Source of the DNA: a virus
Reading direction: 5' to 3' (one strand)
IMG/VR virus record: IMGVR_UViG_3300030329_003230
Coordinates: 1-64,000 of that record
Length of the DNA stretch: 64,000 bases
Position 1 is the stretch's first letter; every line of letters begins with the position of its first letter. Shown piece after piece: positions 26,839 through 37,469 of this stretch. The notes beneath the pieces are model-generated. The model was not told where the DNA came from. It worked only from the letters and a program-made list of their open reading frames with translations, and searched no databases. Both the position numbers and the translations under genes were made by a program.

Positions 26839-28413
26839 GTGATAATAATAGGAAATGAAGCAAGAGAAAAAATGTTACAAGGAATAAATCTTACCGCCAA
26901 TGCGGTTAAGCCTACCCTTGGGCCTATGGCAAGAACAGTTGTTTTGAAAGAACGCTCTAAACCAATTATTGTTAATGATGGAGTAACTGTAGCAAAGGCA
27001 ATTCATCATGAAGATGAATTCGTAGATATGGGAGCTAAATTATTGATTGAAGTTGCAACTCAAGCCCAAAACTTAGCGGGTGATGGTACAACTACAGCCT
27101 GTGTTCTTGCCCAAGCCTTCTGTCAAGAAGGAATGAAATTAATAGAAGAAGGTAGTAATCCTGTAAAGATTGCAGAATCTTTGAAGGAAATAGTACATGA
27201 AATATCTGATTCTCTTTTAACGAAATCTCATCTTATTGAGAACTCTGATGAAATAAAACACGTAGCAACAATTGCTGCTAATAATGATAATTATATCGGA
27301 GGACTTATCGCTGAAGCAATAGAAACAGTTGGTAAAGATGGAGTAATTACTGTTAATGAATCTAAAGATATGAACACTACAATTGAGGTAGTTCAAGGAT
27401 TAGAAATAGATAGAGGTTATAGAACCCATCACTTAGCAACAGATAAAGAAAAGAATCAAACTGTTATGGAGAACCCTTTAATTCTGGTATCTAATTTTAA
27501 CATTATACGATTTCAAGAGATAATTCCAATCCTTGAGAAAGTTTCTGCAACTAAGCGCCCACTGTTACTTATTTCAAGAGGACTTGAGCAACACGCTATC
27601 AGTAATTTGATTGTCAACGTTATGGGTGGAGTAGTACAATGCTGTGCAATTGAATCGCCAGATTATGGTTTTGTATCTGATACACTTCTAGAGGATATCT
27701 CTATTGTTGTTGGGGCTAAATTCCTTGATTATCAGACCAATATCAAAATGGAAGAAGTACAAATCGAAGACTTAGGGGAAGCAGAAAAAGTGGTAGTAGG
27801 TGAACTAAGAACTACTATCATTAATGGTTCTGGAGATGAAGAGAAAGTAACAGAAAGAGCAACTATGATTACTAATCACATCAAAGACGCTGATAATGAA
27901 TTTATGGCTGATAAAATGAGAACAAGGGTAGCTAAACTGTTAGGCGGAGTAGCAGTCCTAAATGTAGGTGCAGCCTCTGAAGTAGAGATGAGGGATAAGA
28001 TGGAAAGAATAGATGATGCCCTTAATGCTACTAGAGCAGCAATAGAAATGGGAGTTATTTCTGGAGGAGGAACAGCTCTTGCGGAACTTTCTATGGCAAT
28101 GTCAGATAAGACTGAAGAAGTAGAAAAGGCAGTATTACTGGAGTGTCTATTAACTCCCTACGAACAAATATTGACTAATGCTGGTATTGATTACACTGAA
28201 AAGAAATATCAGAAAAAGAAAGTAAAATTACCACACATTAATGCTAAAAATGGAGAACTTGGAGATATGTATTCACTGGGAATTATAGACCCAGTTAAGG
28301 TTACTATTTCTTCTCTTAATAGTGCTGCTTCAGTAGCGGCTCTAGTATTAACATCAGAAGTATTAGTTGGAGAGGAAGAAAATGAGACTATGCAATCACA
28401 GGGCATGTTTTAA
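26839..28413 (+). CDS. groEL: Group I chaperonin GroEL
   Basis: TLGP, NDGVTVAK, AGDGTTTA, VGKDGVITV, LLGGVAV, DALNATRAA, GIIDP. Confidence 0.95.
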   Translation: MIIIGNEAREKMLQGINLTANAVKPTLGPMARTVVLKERSKPIIVNDGVTVAKAIHHEDEFVDMGAKLLIEVATQAQNLAGDGTTTACVLAQAFCQEGMKLIEEGSNPVKIAESLKEIVHEISDSLLTKSHLIENSDEIKHVATIAANNDNYIGGLIAEAIETVGKDGVITVNESKDMNTTIEVVQGLEIDRGYRTHHLATDKEKNQTVMENPLILVSNFNIIRFQEIIPILEKVSATKRPLLLISRGLEQHAISNLIVNVMGGVVQCCAIESPDYGFVSDTLLEDISIVVGAKFLDYQTNIKMEEVQIEDLGEAEKVVVGELRTTIINGSGDEEKVTERATMITNHIKDADNEFMADKMRTRVAKLLGGVAVLNVGAASEVEMRDKMERIDDALNATRAAIEMGVISGGGTALAELSMAMSDKTEEVEKAVLLECLLTPYEQILTNAGIDYTEKKYQKKKVKLPHINAKNGELGDMYSLGIIDPVKVTISSLNSAASVAALVLTSEVLVGEEENETMQSQGMF

Positions 28414-28506
28414 TCTCGCTCACAGGGGGTTTAGAAAATGCTTATCCTGTTTGAAAGGAAACACACCAGAACAAAAAGAAAAGGATAGAAAAAGGTTGGA
28501 AGAAGA

Positions 28507-28770
28507 ATGAGGAATGAATTAATAACAAGAGAAGATGGGCTATACATTAACGAAAAGAAAGTAATCAAAGGTTGGGAATCAATGTCGGGTTGGTATTGGT
28601 TTGCCACAGAAATAGAAATGGAAGACTATCATGGATACCCCATATGGTTTGGTTTAGTTCAAGGTATTGAAGAAGAATGGGGAAGTTTTACTCAAATAGA
28701 ATTAGAGAATCAATCTTCTATTTGGGAAATAAAAGAAGGCGATTTACCTCATGCTGGGAGGAGAAGATAA
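28507..28770 (+). CDS. DUF2958-like protein
   Basis: WYWFATE...FGLVQGIEEEWGSF...EL. Confidence 0.6.
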   Translation: MRNELITREDGLYINEKKVIKGWESMSGWYWFATEIEMEDYHGYPIWFGLVQGIEEEWGSFTQIELENQSSIWEIKEGDLPHAGRRR

Positions 28771-28912
28771 TGGATAGATGGGAAAGGTCAGCCAAGAAAA
28801 ATAGAAGAAAATTCTTGAGATTATGTTGTCATGGAAATTATAGTACATGTGAAAATTGCCCAACCGCTGCAAAGAGCGAACATTGGGTAGACTTACCGGA
28901 AGGTGGGACTAA

Positions 28913-29131
28913 ATGACTGAAGAATTGAAGTTCCCTACAGTAGCAATACAGCTAACTACAGATGCTGGGATTCCTATAGATATGCCAGATGATTGGTTAG
29001 ATGCTGTCATATATATTGCAAGTATGATTAACAAAAAATATTCATGCGGTGTAGATATAGTGTATGGTTTAGCAAGTAAAAAGGGATTTAATATTTTAGA
29101 TAAAGAAGTAAGGAGGAATGAATATGAGTAA
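28913..29131 (+). CDS. Hypothetical protein
   Basis: Coupled ORF. Confidence 0.55.
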   Translation: MTEELKFPTVAIQLTTDAGIPIDMPDDWLDAVIYIASMINKKYSCGVDIVYGLASKKGFNILDKEVRRNEYE

Positions 29132-29630
29132 AGAAGAAAAAATAGGTGTTATTTTGAAGAAAGGAGAAGAGGATATGAGTAAGATGGAACAATGCGTTTC
29201 ATTTATTCTTTCAATGCGGGGTCAACTAATTATTGGACAAGCCCTTGCTAATTCAATTAAAGCAATGGAAAATAGATTGCCTGAAATGTGGAGAGAACCA
29301 AGTAATATTAAAGATATGAAATATATCTTGAAAAACTTCGGTATAGCAAAAGCAGTAACTGACTCTAAAAATAAAGACACAAGATATTTCGTCAAGAAGA
29401 ATGGAGAAATTATTGCAACTTATGATGATGCTGTTTACAATGGTGTTTTGGCTGTAGAAGTAGCAAAGAATATGCATTCTGTTGATACGTCCAATTATTA
29501 TGCAGCAAGTGTTGAGGTAACATTCAGTCCTGTGTTGATTGATGGTGGAGATAAAGAACCCACCGAGATTGCTATCTGGAGTTCTGATTCAGTAGCAACA
29601 GACGATGAGTTCGATTTTGATGGGGCCTGA
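29118..29630 (+). CDS. Hypothetical protein
   Basis: GGAGG RBS. Confidence 0.65.
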   Translation: MNMSKEEKIGVILKKGEEDMSKMEQCVSFILSMRGQLIIGQALANSIKAMENRLPEMWREPSNIKDMKYILKNFGIAKAVTDSKNKDTRYFVKKNGEIIATYDDAVYNGVLAVEVAKNMHSVDTSNYYAASVEVTFSPVLIDGGDKEPTEIAIWSSDSVATDDEFDFDGA

Positions 29631-29632
29631 AG

Positions 29633-29851
29633 ATGAATGATGATGATGAATTATTAGGTCGTATTCCTAGAGACGCAAAGAAAGAATGGAAAGTAGTTAG
29701 AGGTAAATATTGGAATACTGAATACGTTGATATTCGTCTTTATGAAAATAATAAACCTACTAAGAAAGGAGCAAGATTGAATTTAGAAGAGATAGTATAT
29801 CTTAAACAAATACTAACTAAAATAAATATATTTAACGAGGAGGAAGAATAA
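29633..29851 (+). CDS. PC4/p15-family ssDNA-binding protein
   Basis: YVDIRLY...PTKKG. Confidence 0.8.
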   Translation: MNDDDELLGRIPRDAKKEWKVVRGKYWNTEYVDIRLYENNKPTKKGARLNLEEIVYLKQILTKINIFNEEEE

Positions 29852-30244
29852 ATGGAAACTGGATTATTTTGGAAATATAGTGATGATGCTTATAATGACT
29901 GGGTAGAAGAACACATGAATTGGATGGCGAATAATGTTCCTTCCCAAGTATGTGAGGCCTTTGAAAATGAAATAGAATCTCTAATTAATGATACAGATAG
30001 ACACGCCTTTATGTTGTATCATCTTTTACACATGTCAACTCTAGAAAATGATGATATGTACAAATTTAAAGAAGATGCTTCTGACATATGGAATTTAACA
30101 ATACCACTAATGCAGGCCTTTAACACCCTAATGTTAGGATTAGCAGCATCTGCTGGTGATGAAGATACAGTAAATGCTATTGGTTTATCTAACGCATTAA
30201 TGTTGAGAATGTTCGTCCCTAAAATCGGTGATAATGATGAGTAA
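29852..30244 (+). CDS. Hypothetical protein
   Basis: GGAGG RBS. Confidence 0.6.
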   Translation: METGLFWKYSDDAYNDWVEEHMNWMANNVPSQVCEAFENEIESLINDTDRHAFMLYHLLHMSTLENDDMYKFKEDASDIWNLTIPLMQAFNTLMLGLAASAGDEDTVNAIGLSNALMLRMFVPKIGDNDE

Positions 30245-30449
30245 TTTTAGTTACAATAGAGACTGGGAAGAGATAGAAATCATGCTAGATTTTGCAGAAA
30301 GAAAACAAAATAAACATTATTCTGAAATGCAAAATTGTAACAAAGGAGAACGAATGTACCATATGAGAAATTACAAAGCATTAGAAGGAGTAATTAAATC
30401 TCTTAGGTGGGTTTTAGGGGATAAAAATATAGAACACCCTTTAGAATAG
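30228..30449 (+). CDS. Hypothetical protein
   Basis: C-terminal LRWVLG motif seen in small archaeal virus proteins. Confidence 0.6.
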   Translation: MIMMSNFSYNRDWEEIEIMLDFAERKQNKHYSEMQNCNKGERMYHMRNYKALEGVIKSLRWVLGDKNIEHPLE

Positions 30450-30539
30450 GTGAATAGATGAAAAGGTGTGCTCATAAATATAAGTGCCACTTGAGGGGGA
30501 TGTCTTGGTGTACCGTCTGTGGATTAACTTTGTTAGAGA

Positions 30540-30779
30540 GTGAAAAAGATGAAAAAAAAATATGAAACTATACTAAATAGAGTCAAAGAATATATTTCTG
30601 AATATGGCCCAGTTACTTCTGCTCAAATTAGTGATTGGTATGCGGAAAAGTTCGGGGTAAAACAAGCACCTGCTCCCGGACTTATTTCTTCTATACTTAG
30701 AATATATGGGGAAACAATAGACATAATGGGTTTTAAGAAAAACGTTTCTGGAGTCTATTTATGGAGGGATAAATTATGA
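30540..30779 (+). CDS. Winged-helix DNA-binding protein (putative)
   Basis: EYISEYGPVTSAQISDW...ISSILR...YLW. Confidence 0.6.
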   Translation: MKKMKKKYETILNRVKEYISEYGPVTSAQISDWYAEKFGVKQAPAPGLISSILRIYGETIDIMGFKKNVSGVYLWRDKL

Positions 30780-30862
30780 GTTGGTTAATTATGATAATTA
30801 TAATTTTAACTTACGGAACAACTTTAGCATGGTCTTTGATAAAACACAGGAGTTTTGATTAA

Positions 30863-31144
30863 ATGTCTTTAATGTATCATTATGTAACTATTGCAATTGA
30901 ACATGTAGATAAAGCACTCGTTCTATGTGAAGAGTTAAGAAAAAGAGGAGTAACTTTTGACACTGGTTATAGCACAGAAGGAATGAATTGGGAATTAGAT
31001 TGGTCGATACAAGGTTATATGTCTGCCCAAGATATTCTTTTAGAGTTAGAGGAATTAAAGATTAATTATACCGTAAAAATGATTCCAGATAAAAAGAATT
31101 CTGCTTGGTTGAATAGGAGGAGTTTACATAAGAAAGAAAATTAA
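30863..31144 (+). CDS. Hypothetical protein
   Basis: GGAG RBS. Confidence 0.55.
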   Translation: MSLMYHYVTIAIEHVDKALVLCEELRKRGVTFDTGYSTEGMNWELDWSIQGYMSAQDILLELEELKINYTVKMIPDKKNSAWLNRRSLHKKEN

Positions 31145-31248
31145 AGGATGTTGGTGTCACGGTAATTCGGTTACTTGTTTTGAGTGTATGAAGAACTGTA
31201 CTTGTTATAAACCAACTGAAAGGGAAGATTACTATCAAAAGGGATAAT

Positions 31249-31506
31249 ATGTTGGAAAAACAAAAAGAAAATAATATGAAACATACAGTAAGTCTTAGAT
31301 GTGAAATATGCAACGGTGTTAGAGGAAGTCAAAAAAAGAGCCGCAAAGTGAAGAATAAATGGTTTATGTGTTCAGAGTGTATGAACAGTACACCTCCAGA
31401 TGAACATAGATGTAATGGCCAGACTGTGAATAAGCAAAGATGTAAAAGATGGACTTTAGGAAGAAAATATACACGTTGCTCTATACATGAGGATAAGGAA
31501 TGTTAG
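31249..31506 (+). CDS. Cys-rich Zn-finger protein
   Basis: CEIC, CSEC and C-x8-C...CSIH. Confidence 0.6.
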   Translation: MLEKQKENNMKHTVSLRCEICNGVRGSQKKSRKVKNKWFMCSECMNSTPPDEHRCNGQTVNKQRCKRWTLGRKYTRCSIHEDKEC

Positions 31507-31620
31507 GCGTTATTGTTTTTATGACGTGTTTTGGTTTTTCTTACTTCATCATACCACTATCTGTTTGGTGGGCTAAAAAAATAGAACAGAAGAATATTCA
31601 AGAATTATGGAGAGAAAAAA

Positions 31621-33138
31621 ATGAAATGGGTAGAATTCAGCAGATTAAATCAAGCAATAGAAATGTTAACGCCGACAAAAACAATTAGAATGTTATCAAA
31701 GGATTATCCAGAAGAGTATTTATCATTCATTAAAATATTATCTTTAGAACTACCCGCAAATAATTTAGCCAGCAAGAAGGCTATGAAATGGATAACTAAT
31801 GCTTTAGAAGTGTTTGATGATGAAATAGAATCTGCTATCTATATTCATGGAGATATAGGGGAAGCAATGTATCATTTTACTGAAGATGCACAAGACTCTA
31901 ATTTTAGCCTTGAAAGAGTTATAGATTTTTTATCTATGGATTGTAGCAAAGGTGATGGTGAGTCTTTTTCAACATTTAAGAATGTCTTTTCTTCTATGTC
32001 AGCATTAGAAAAGAAATGGTTTCTAAGGTACTGGTTAAGAACACCAAGGAATGGAATTAACTCTGGATTAGTGAAGAAGTTATTAGCCAAGGTGTATGGT
32101 AAGAAAGTAGGAGATATTACTAATCATCACCAACTACATTCTTTATCTGATATTGCTATGTATTACAATAAAGGACAAGAACCACCTAATGATTTGGAAA
32201 TTGGTAGATTTATTTCTCCAATGTTAGCTAAGGTAGTTCCTAAAGAAAAATGGCCTATGTTATTCATTATTGAATACAAGTACGATGGGGCAAGATATCA
32301 AATCCACAAAGGAGATGCAGTCATCATTTTCAATCGTAAAGGGAAAGTAGTTACAGAAAAATTCCCTGATATAGTAGAACAGGTTATTGGTTGGAATATA
32401 CCTGAGTCTTTCATTATTGATACTGAAATTTATCCGGTTGAGGATAATGGACGGCCAGCCCCTTTCAAGAAAATGGGAACTCGTATTCATTCTAAGAATG
32501 TGCAAGAGGCTATTGAAAAATGCCCAGTAAAATTAGCAGTGTTTGACTGTATGATGTTTAATGATGAAAATCTAATGGGTTTACCTTTAGAAAAGCGGCT
32601 TAAAATAATAGATAAATTTCCAGACTTAACGGAAAGAACTCCTCAAATGAAACATGATATATTCTATAATTTAGCAATTAATGATGGTTATGAAGGAATA
32701 ATGATTAAAGATTTGAATGCTCCATATGAAAGTGGTAAGCGTTCAATTGCTTGGGCTAAACATAAACCACCTAGATTCGAATTAGACGTGGTAGTTACTG
32801 GAGTTAGATACGGAGAAGGAAAAAGGGCAACAGTGTTTAGTTCATACGATATTGCTGTTAAAGATAAAAATGATTTCATTTCCATAGGAAGCATAGGTAC
32901 GGGTTTTTCAGAAATAGATTTAATCTATTTAACCAATGAAGCAAAGAAGATAATTCTATCAGTTGAGAATGGAACTTATACCCTCTCACCAAGAATAGTT
33001 TTAGAAGTAACTTGTGATTTAATAACTCAAGATAATGAAGGTAATTTAGGGTTAAGATTCCCTAGATTACTTAGAATAAGAAATGATAAACCTGTATCTG
33101 ATATTAATACAATTGAAGATATTGAAAATATGGTGTAG
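31621..33138 (+). CDS. lig: ATP-dependent DNA ligase
   Basis: EYKYDGAR, IDTE, VFD, EGIMIK, RFPR. Confidence 0.95.
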   Translation: MKWVEFSRLNQAIEMLTPTKTIRMLSKDYPEEYLSFIKILSLELPANNLASKKAMKWITNALEVFDDEIESAIYIHGDIGEAMYHFTEDAQDSNFSLERVIDFLSMDCSKGDGESFSTFKNVFSSMSALEKKWFLRYWLRTPRNGINSGLVKKLLAKVYGKKVGDITNHHQLHSLSDIAMYYNKGQEPPNDLEIGRFISPMLAKVVPKEKWPMLFIIEYKYDGARYQIHKGDAVIIFNRKGKVVTEKFPDIVEQVIGWNIPESFIIDTEIYPVEDNGRPAPFKKMGTRIHSKNVQEAIEKCPVKLAVFDCMMFNDENLMGLPLEKRLKIIDKFPDLTERTPQMKHDIFYNLAINDGYEGIMIKDLNAPYESGKRSIAWAKHKPPRFELDVVVTGVRYGEGKRATVFSSYDIAVKDKNDFISIGSIGTGFSEIDLIYLTNEAKKIILSVENGTYTLSPRIVLEVTCDLITQDNEGNLGLRFPRLLRIRNDKPVSDINTIEDIENMV

Positions 33139-33140
33139 AA

Positions 33141-33638
33141 ATGAGATTTGCTGCAAACACAATATGTTATTATTCAGGAACTGTTAGGAACGGACATATC
33201 CTCTGTGATAAATTTCTAACAGATACTAGAATTACTCCTGATAAAGACATAGTTAATTGTCCAGATTGTTTACGTATATTAGGAACTAAAGTTAAACAGA
33301 AATATCATATTCATTTAAATTATAATTTTCTTAAAGAGGGCAAACTGAACCAAGATAATATTCTAGAATTTTCTGAGTATGAATCTAATCCTGATGATAA
33401 ACTAATATGTAATATACCTAAAAATAAAACTCATTATGTTACTAATGACCCAAGAGAAGCGACTTGTTCCCATTGTAGAAGTTATAAGTGGGGAAAGAAA
33501 GGTAATAGAATTTTCATTTTAACAGGGCTTCTGATAGAAAGTGGTTTAGAGTTAAGTAGACTCAATAAACTTTCTGAGTTTAGCACCAAAGAATTGGAGA
33601 AGATGCTAGATGTTTATCTTCACGGTGGCAAGGTATAA
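33141..33638 (+). CDS. Cys-rich protein with two similar Zn modules
   Basis: ILC...VNCPDC and LIC...ATCSHC. Confidence 0.6.
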   Translation: MRFAANTICYYSGTVRNGHILCDKFLTDTRITPDKDIVNCPDCLRILGTKVKQKYHIHLNYNFLKEGKLNQDNILEFSEYESNPDDKLICNIPKNKTHYVTNDPREATCSHCRSYKWGKKGNRIFILTGLLIESGLELSRLNKLSEFSTKELEKMLDVYLHGGKV

Positions 33639-33669
33639 GGGGTGAGATTATTACTACCATAAGACGGCG

Positions 33670-34050
33670 GTGACTAGTTGGATGGTGGTGAATTTGGAGA
33701 TTCATGAGAGTAATAGGATAAAGCAAAGATGGACTGATATTTACGGAAAAATCACCGTCATTAATTACATGGTTTATGGTGATATAGGACAAAGAGATAT
33801 GTCCGTCATTAATTATGCTCTAAAAAAAACTTTTAATTTACATAAAACAGTTCAAATTGTGGAGCATATTGATTTCGAAATGGCAGAATTATTTGACATA
33901 TATCAAGGTACACATGTACAATGGATATTTCCAGATGAAATAAAAAATAAAGATAAAGTTATCCATCTAATAAAAGAAGGGTTAGAATTTCAAAGAATAA
34001 AAAGTGAATTTATGGGGGCTACAGTAGATGTTTACCAAAGAACAACTTGA
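33670..34050 (+). CDS. Hypothetical protein
   Basis: ORF in replication block. Confidence 0.6.
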   Translation: MTSWMVVNLEIHESNRIKQRWTDIYGKITVINYMVYGDIGQRDMSVINYALKKTFNLHKTVQIVEHIDFEMAELFDIYQGTHVQWIFPDEIKNKDKVIHLIKEGLEFQRIKSEFMGATVDVYQRTT

Positions 34051-34471
34051 AGGGATTATTGTTGCGTTAGCAAATCCTGAGATATCAATAGAGAAAGATG
34101 ACAAACAATCTATCGGTTATAGAATACGATTGAGAATTCATTTTAGGGCTATGAATGAAGATTTCATTTTAATACTAAAAGAAACATTAGAAGAACACGG
34201 TATAGATACTTATTATAGAAATAGAGAAAAAGAAACTAGACCTTACCCTTTACTTAGAATAACTAAGGTAGATAACATGTTTAATTTATTGAAGTTAATT
34301 CCTAAGAACTTAGAGTGGAATAGAAACTTTTCAAGTTTTTTAGAAGTATTAACCATAGTATCAAACAAGCACCATTTGGTGCAAAAAGGATTCGATAGAA
34401 TAGTAGAAATTAAAGAGGAGGCGAGCGGTTGGCGTTGGTGTCGATGGGAAATAAAGAAAGACCTATATTGA
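34028..34471 (+). CDS. Single-domain LAGLIDADG-fold protein with degenerate catalytic helix
   Basis: GYRIRLRIHF, LRIT and HLVQKGFDRIVEIK typical of LAGLIDADG homing endonucleases. Confidence 0.6.
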   Translation: MFTKEQLEGIIVALANPEISIEKDDKQSIGYRIRLRIHFRAMNEDFILILKETLEEHGIDTYYRNREKETRPYPLLRITKVDNMFNLLKLIPKNLEWNRNFSSFLEVLTIVSNKHHLVQKGFDRIVEIKEEASGWRWCRWEIKKDLY

Positions 34472-35280
34472 TAACTGGAAAAACCGGCACAGGTAAAACC
34501 ACTATGGCTAAATCTTTAGTTAATGATAATCATATTATGTATTATGCTAATGAAATAGAAGATAGAGATTGGAAATCCATAGAGCAAGATATCGTTATTG
34601 AGGAAGTACATTACAAGCCTAAAAAAGATATTATCATGAACATAATACGTCACTGTAAAACTACTATTGTATTAACTTCTAATAATGAAAAGGACGTACC
34701 TGCTGACATTAAGAATTCATGTAAATTAAGAAGGGCAGGAACTGTCCCTCATTCTTTAGAAGAGATTAAGAAAATAGCACCAAGGAGTCAAAATCCTAAA
34801 AATAAAGATATGAGTGTATTTGAGTTAGTTCAAGATTATTTGAAGAACACTAATAGAGATGAAGTTGCTAGTAATCTGAAAGAAAACAAACCAGCAGATG
34901 TTCAGATAATGACTTGGTTAGGTATGAATCTTAATCCAAATAAATTAGCATTCGTTGATGGTAGAGTCAAAAGAAGATGGTCACAGAATTACTTCTATGA
35001 ATTATTATCTTACTGCCATGATGGTAGAATGCATTCTAAAATTAATTATCCGAAAAGAGGAGCATATTCCAAAGTACCAACTATATTGAGGAAATTGAAA
35101 ATAAAACCAAACCAAGGTTATTTGTTACCTCAGTTATTACAAGACGAAGATTTTGAGGGATGGGCAAAGAAGAGACTAAGAAGCGATGAAAGTAGAGTGA
35201 TAGGTATGAAAGATAGAAAGAAGAAAAGAAACGCACCAATTACACCAGATAGAACTTTGAAATTAGAAGGATGGTTTTAG
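34429..35280 (+). CDS. Clamp loader (RFC) large-subunit-like AAA+ ATPase
   Basis: GKTGTGKTT, VIEEVH, LTSN; adjacent to RFC small subunit. Confidence 0.65.
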   Translation: MALVSMGNKERPILITGKTGTGKTTMAKSLVNDNHIMYYANEIEDRDWKSIEQDIVIEEVHYKPKKDIIMNIIRHCKTTIVLTSNNEKDVPADIKNSCKLRRAGTVPHSLEEIKKIAPRSQNPKNKDMSVFELVQDYLKNTNRDEVASNLKENKPADVQIMTWLGMNLNPNKLAFVDGRVKRRWSQNYFYELLSYCHDGRMHSKINYPKRGAYSKVPTILRKLKIKPNQGYLLPQLLQDEDFEGWAKKRLRSDESRVIGMKDRKKKRNAPITPDRTLKLEGWF

Positions 35281-36194
35281 ATATGTTATGGACAGAGAAG
35301 TATAGACCCAAGAGTATTCATCAATTGATTGGACAAGAGGGTTTCAAGTTAGATGCTGAACATTGGATTGAGAACAAAGATATGCCAAATGTATTGTTAC
35401 ATGGCCCTGCTGGAGTAGGAAAAACTGCCGCAGCCGGTATTCTCGCATTAGAGATATTGAAACAAGAAATAGATTCTAATTTCTTTGAGATTAATGCAAG
35501 TGATGATAGGAGACTAGAAGTTGTAAGGACTACTATCAAAGATGTAGCACAACAACAAGCAATAGGTAATGTTCCTTTCAAGATTATTCATCTTGACGAA
35601 TTAGATGGTATGACTCCTGATGCTCAAAATGCATTAAAGAGAATTATGGAAAGGTATGCACATAACGTGAGATTCATCATAACTGCTAACGATAGAAGTA
35701 AGATAATTTATCCACTACAATCTCGTTGTGCTAACTATTATTTTTCAATATTAGATAACGATACAATTTCAACATTATTGATGACAATTATTCAAAATGA
35801 AGAATTATCACAACCATCAGAGACAGACTTAGCCACTTTTATAAGTCACTATAATGGTGATGTCCGTAGAACAATAACGGAGTTGCAAGCCGCATTTGCA
35901 AGTGGAATAAGCCTAAGAAAACAGACCGACAAAAGTTTGGAGCGTTACGACGAAATATTGAACTTATTAGTGGAGGAAAAATATAATCAAGCATTAATAA
36001 GATTACACGATGCTATTTATTCTGGAAAAACTGTGAAAGATATTTGTTATGGATTACACGAAGTTATTGTTAAAAGTGATATGACTGATAATCTAAAATT
36101 CAAATATCTAAGAGCGGTTGGTGAAGCAGAATGGAGAGGAAATTCAATGACCCCAAGAGTATTAATTTCTTGGGTAGTATCTCAATTGAGGTAA
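35271..36194 (+). CDS. rfcS: Replication factor C small subunit
   Basis: WTEKYRP, GPAGVGKT, EINASD, LDELD, QSRC, GDVR. Confidence 0.95.
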   Translation: MVLDMLWTEKYRPKSIHQLIGQEGFKLDAEHWIENKDMPNVLLHGPAGVGKTAAAGILALEILKQEIDSNFFEINASDDRRLEVVRTTIKDVAQQQAIGNVPFKIIHLDELDGMTPDAQNALKRIMERYAHNVRFIITANDRSKIIYPLQSRCANYYFSILDNDTISTLLMTIIQNEELSQPSETDLATFISHYNGDVRRTITELQAAFASGISLRKQTDKSLERYDEILNLLVEEKYNQALIRLHDAIYSGKTVKDICYGLHEVIVKSDMTDNLKFKYLRAVGEAEWRGNSMTPRVLISWVVSQLR

Positions 36195-36241
36195 GTAAAG
36201 AGTAAAAAAAAAAGAATAGAAAAAAAAAGGAGAATGATAAA

Positions 36242-37468
36242 ATGGAAGAACAAATGAAAGAAGAAATAGAAAAATATGCTGAAGTTATTGGCATTACGGT
36301 TGAGGATGCTTCAAGCATCTTTGATGGTATTGTCAAAGATAATAGTTTGGACGTAAGCACTGAAGAGGGACTCTTAGTAGCCCGAAGTGTCTTTAGGTCT
36401 AAATTTGCACAAACTAGAGCACGACTGAAGAAAGAAGAAGGTGGAGAAGAACAAACAACAACTGAATACACTGGCCCTACCTATACTCAAAAGGCAAAAG
36501 GATTCTTTTGGGCTGTAGAAAATGCTACTGATTGGGAAGAAAGAAACAGAAATAGTATTATGGCCGAATACCAAAGAGATGCTGATTCAGTTTTACAGAC
36601 TGGAAAAGCAGCGATAGCAGTTCAGCTATCTGATGGTAGGTATGAAGTTACTCTTGTATTAGATGGAGAAACCAATACTAAAGTTATGGAAAAACTACCA
36701 GAAGTAAGCCCAATGCAAGTTGATGATGACCGCTGGATTATACCAGTCGATAATCGTAAAGCTTGGGGAAGTGGTCAATCAAATCCATCTTATGGTAAAC
36801 CTCTACCCGCTAACCGATGGCAAAGAACTCTAATGTTTATTGGTAGTGTTGGTGATGGAGAACCTCAGAAATACCAGTTACGAGTTAATGGAGAACAAGC
36901 AATAGATTTCCATCCAAGGACTTTTGCTCTGTGTGAATTTGACTGTGTTCCTAATTCTAACAACCCTTCTAACCTTAGTGCAAGAAAGGATGGAAGTACA
37001 GTTAATTCCCTATCTTATTTAGATGAAGAAGTGGATATATTGAACATAGTTCAGGAACTATTAGGAGATAAGATTTCAGCATTAATTGCTCTAGACTCTT
37101 ATCATTCTGATAATTCACATAAGAATTATTCTGAGAGAATTGTAGTTACAGATGGTAATGTTGCTAATATGAATCTACAACCTTATGATAATGGGAACCG
37201 AGTTATCTATCTAAGTGACTTGAATGCAGACTTCGATTATGAAGGAGAAGGTTTCTCTTCAACTGCATGTTGGGTTCCTTCTACTATTGAAATCGATTTT
37301 GGAATCGGCAGCAACATTATTGTTGTTGGTCGTACCTCCCAAAGAGAAGTTGATGGCGAACTATCAAATGTTAGTATCAACGTTCTAGGGTTATATGTTG
37401 TGGATAGACATGGTAGTGCAGATGTTCCTGTACAACCAGAGGAGGACGACGATTACAGTTGGTTCTGA
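36242..37468 (+). CDS. ssDNA-binding protein (RPA/OB-fold, putative)
   Basis: C-terminal OB-like strands (FGIGSNIIVVGRT), acidic-aromatic tail EEDDDYSWF, replication context. Confidence 0.6.
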   Translation: MEEQMKEEIEKYAEVIGITVEDASSIFDGIVKDNSLDVSTEEGLLVARSVFRSKFAQTRARLKKEEGGEEQTTTEYTGPTYTQKAKGFFWAVENATDWEERNRNSIMAEYQRDADSVLQTGKAAIAVQLSDGRYEVTLVLDGETNTKVMEKLPEVSPMQVDDDRWIIPVDNRKAWGSGQSNPSYGKPLPANRWQRTLMFIGSVGDGEPQKYQLRVNGEQAIDFHPRTFALCEFDCVPNSNNPSNLSARKDGSTVNSLSYLDEEVDILNIVQELLGDKISALIALDSYHSDNSHKNYSERIVVTDGNVANMNLQPYDNGNRVIYLSDLNADFDYEGEGFSSTACWVPSTIEIDFGIGSNIIVVGRTSQREVDGELSNVSINVLGLYVVDRHGSADVPVQPEEDDDYSWF

Positions 37469-37469
37469 A

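Noticed and set aside
28640-28647. Extra CCATATGG core
   Set aside because: Inside a coding region with no arms or downstream box; likely chance
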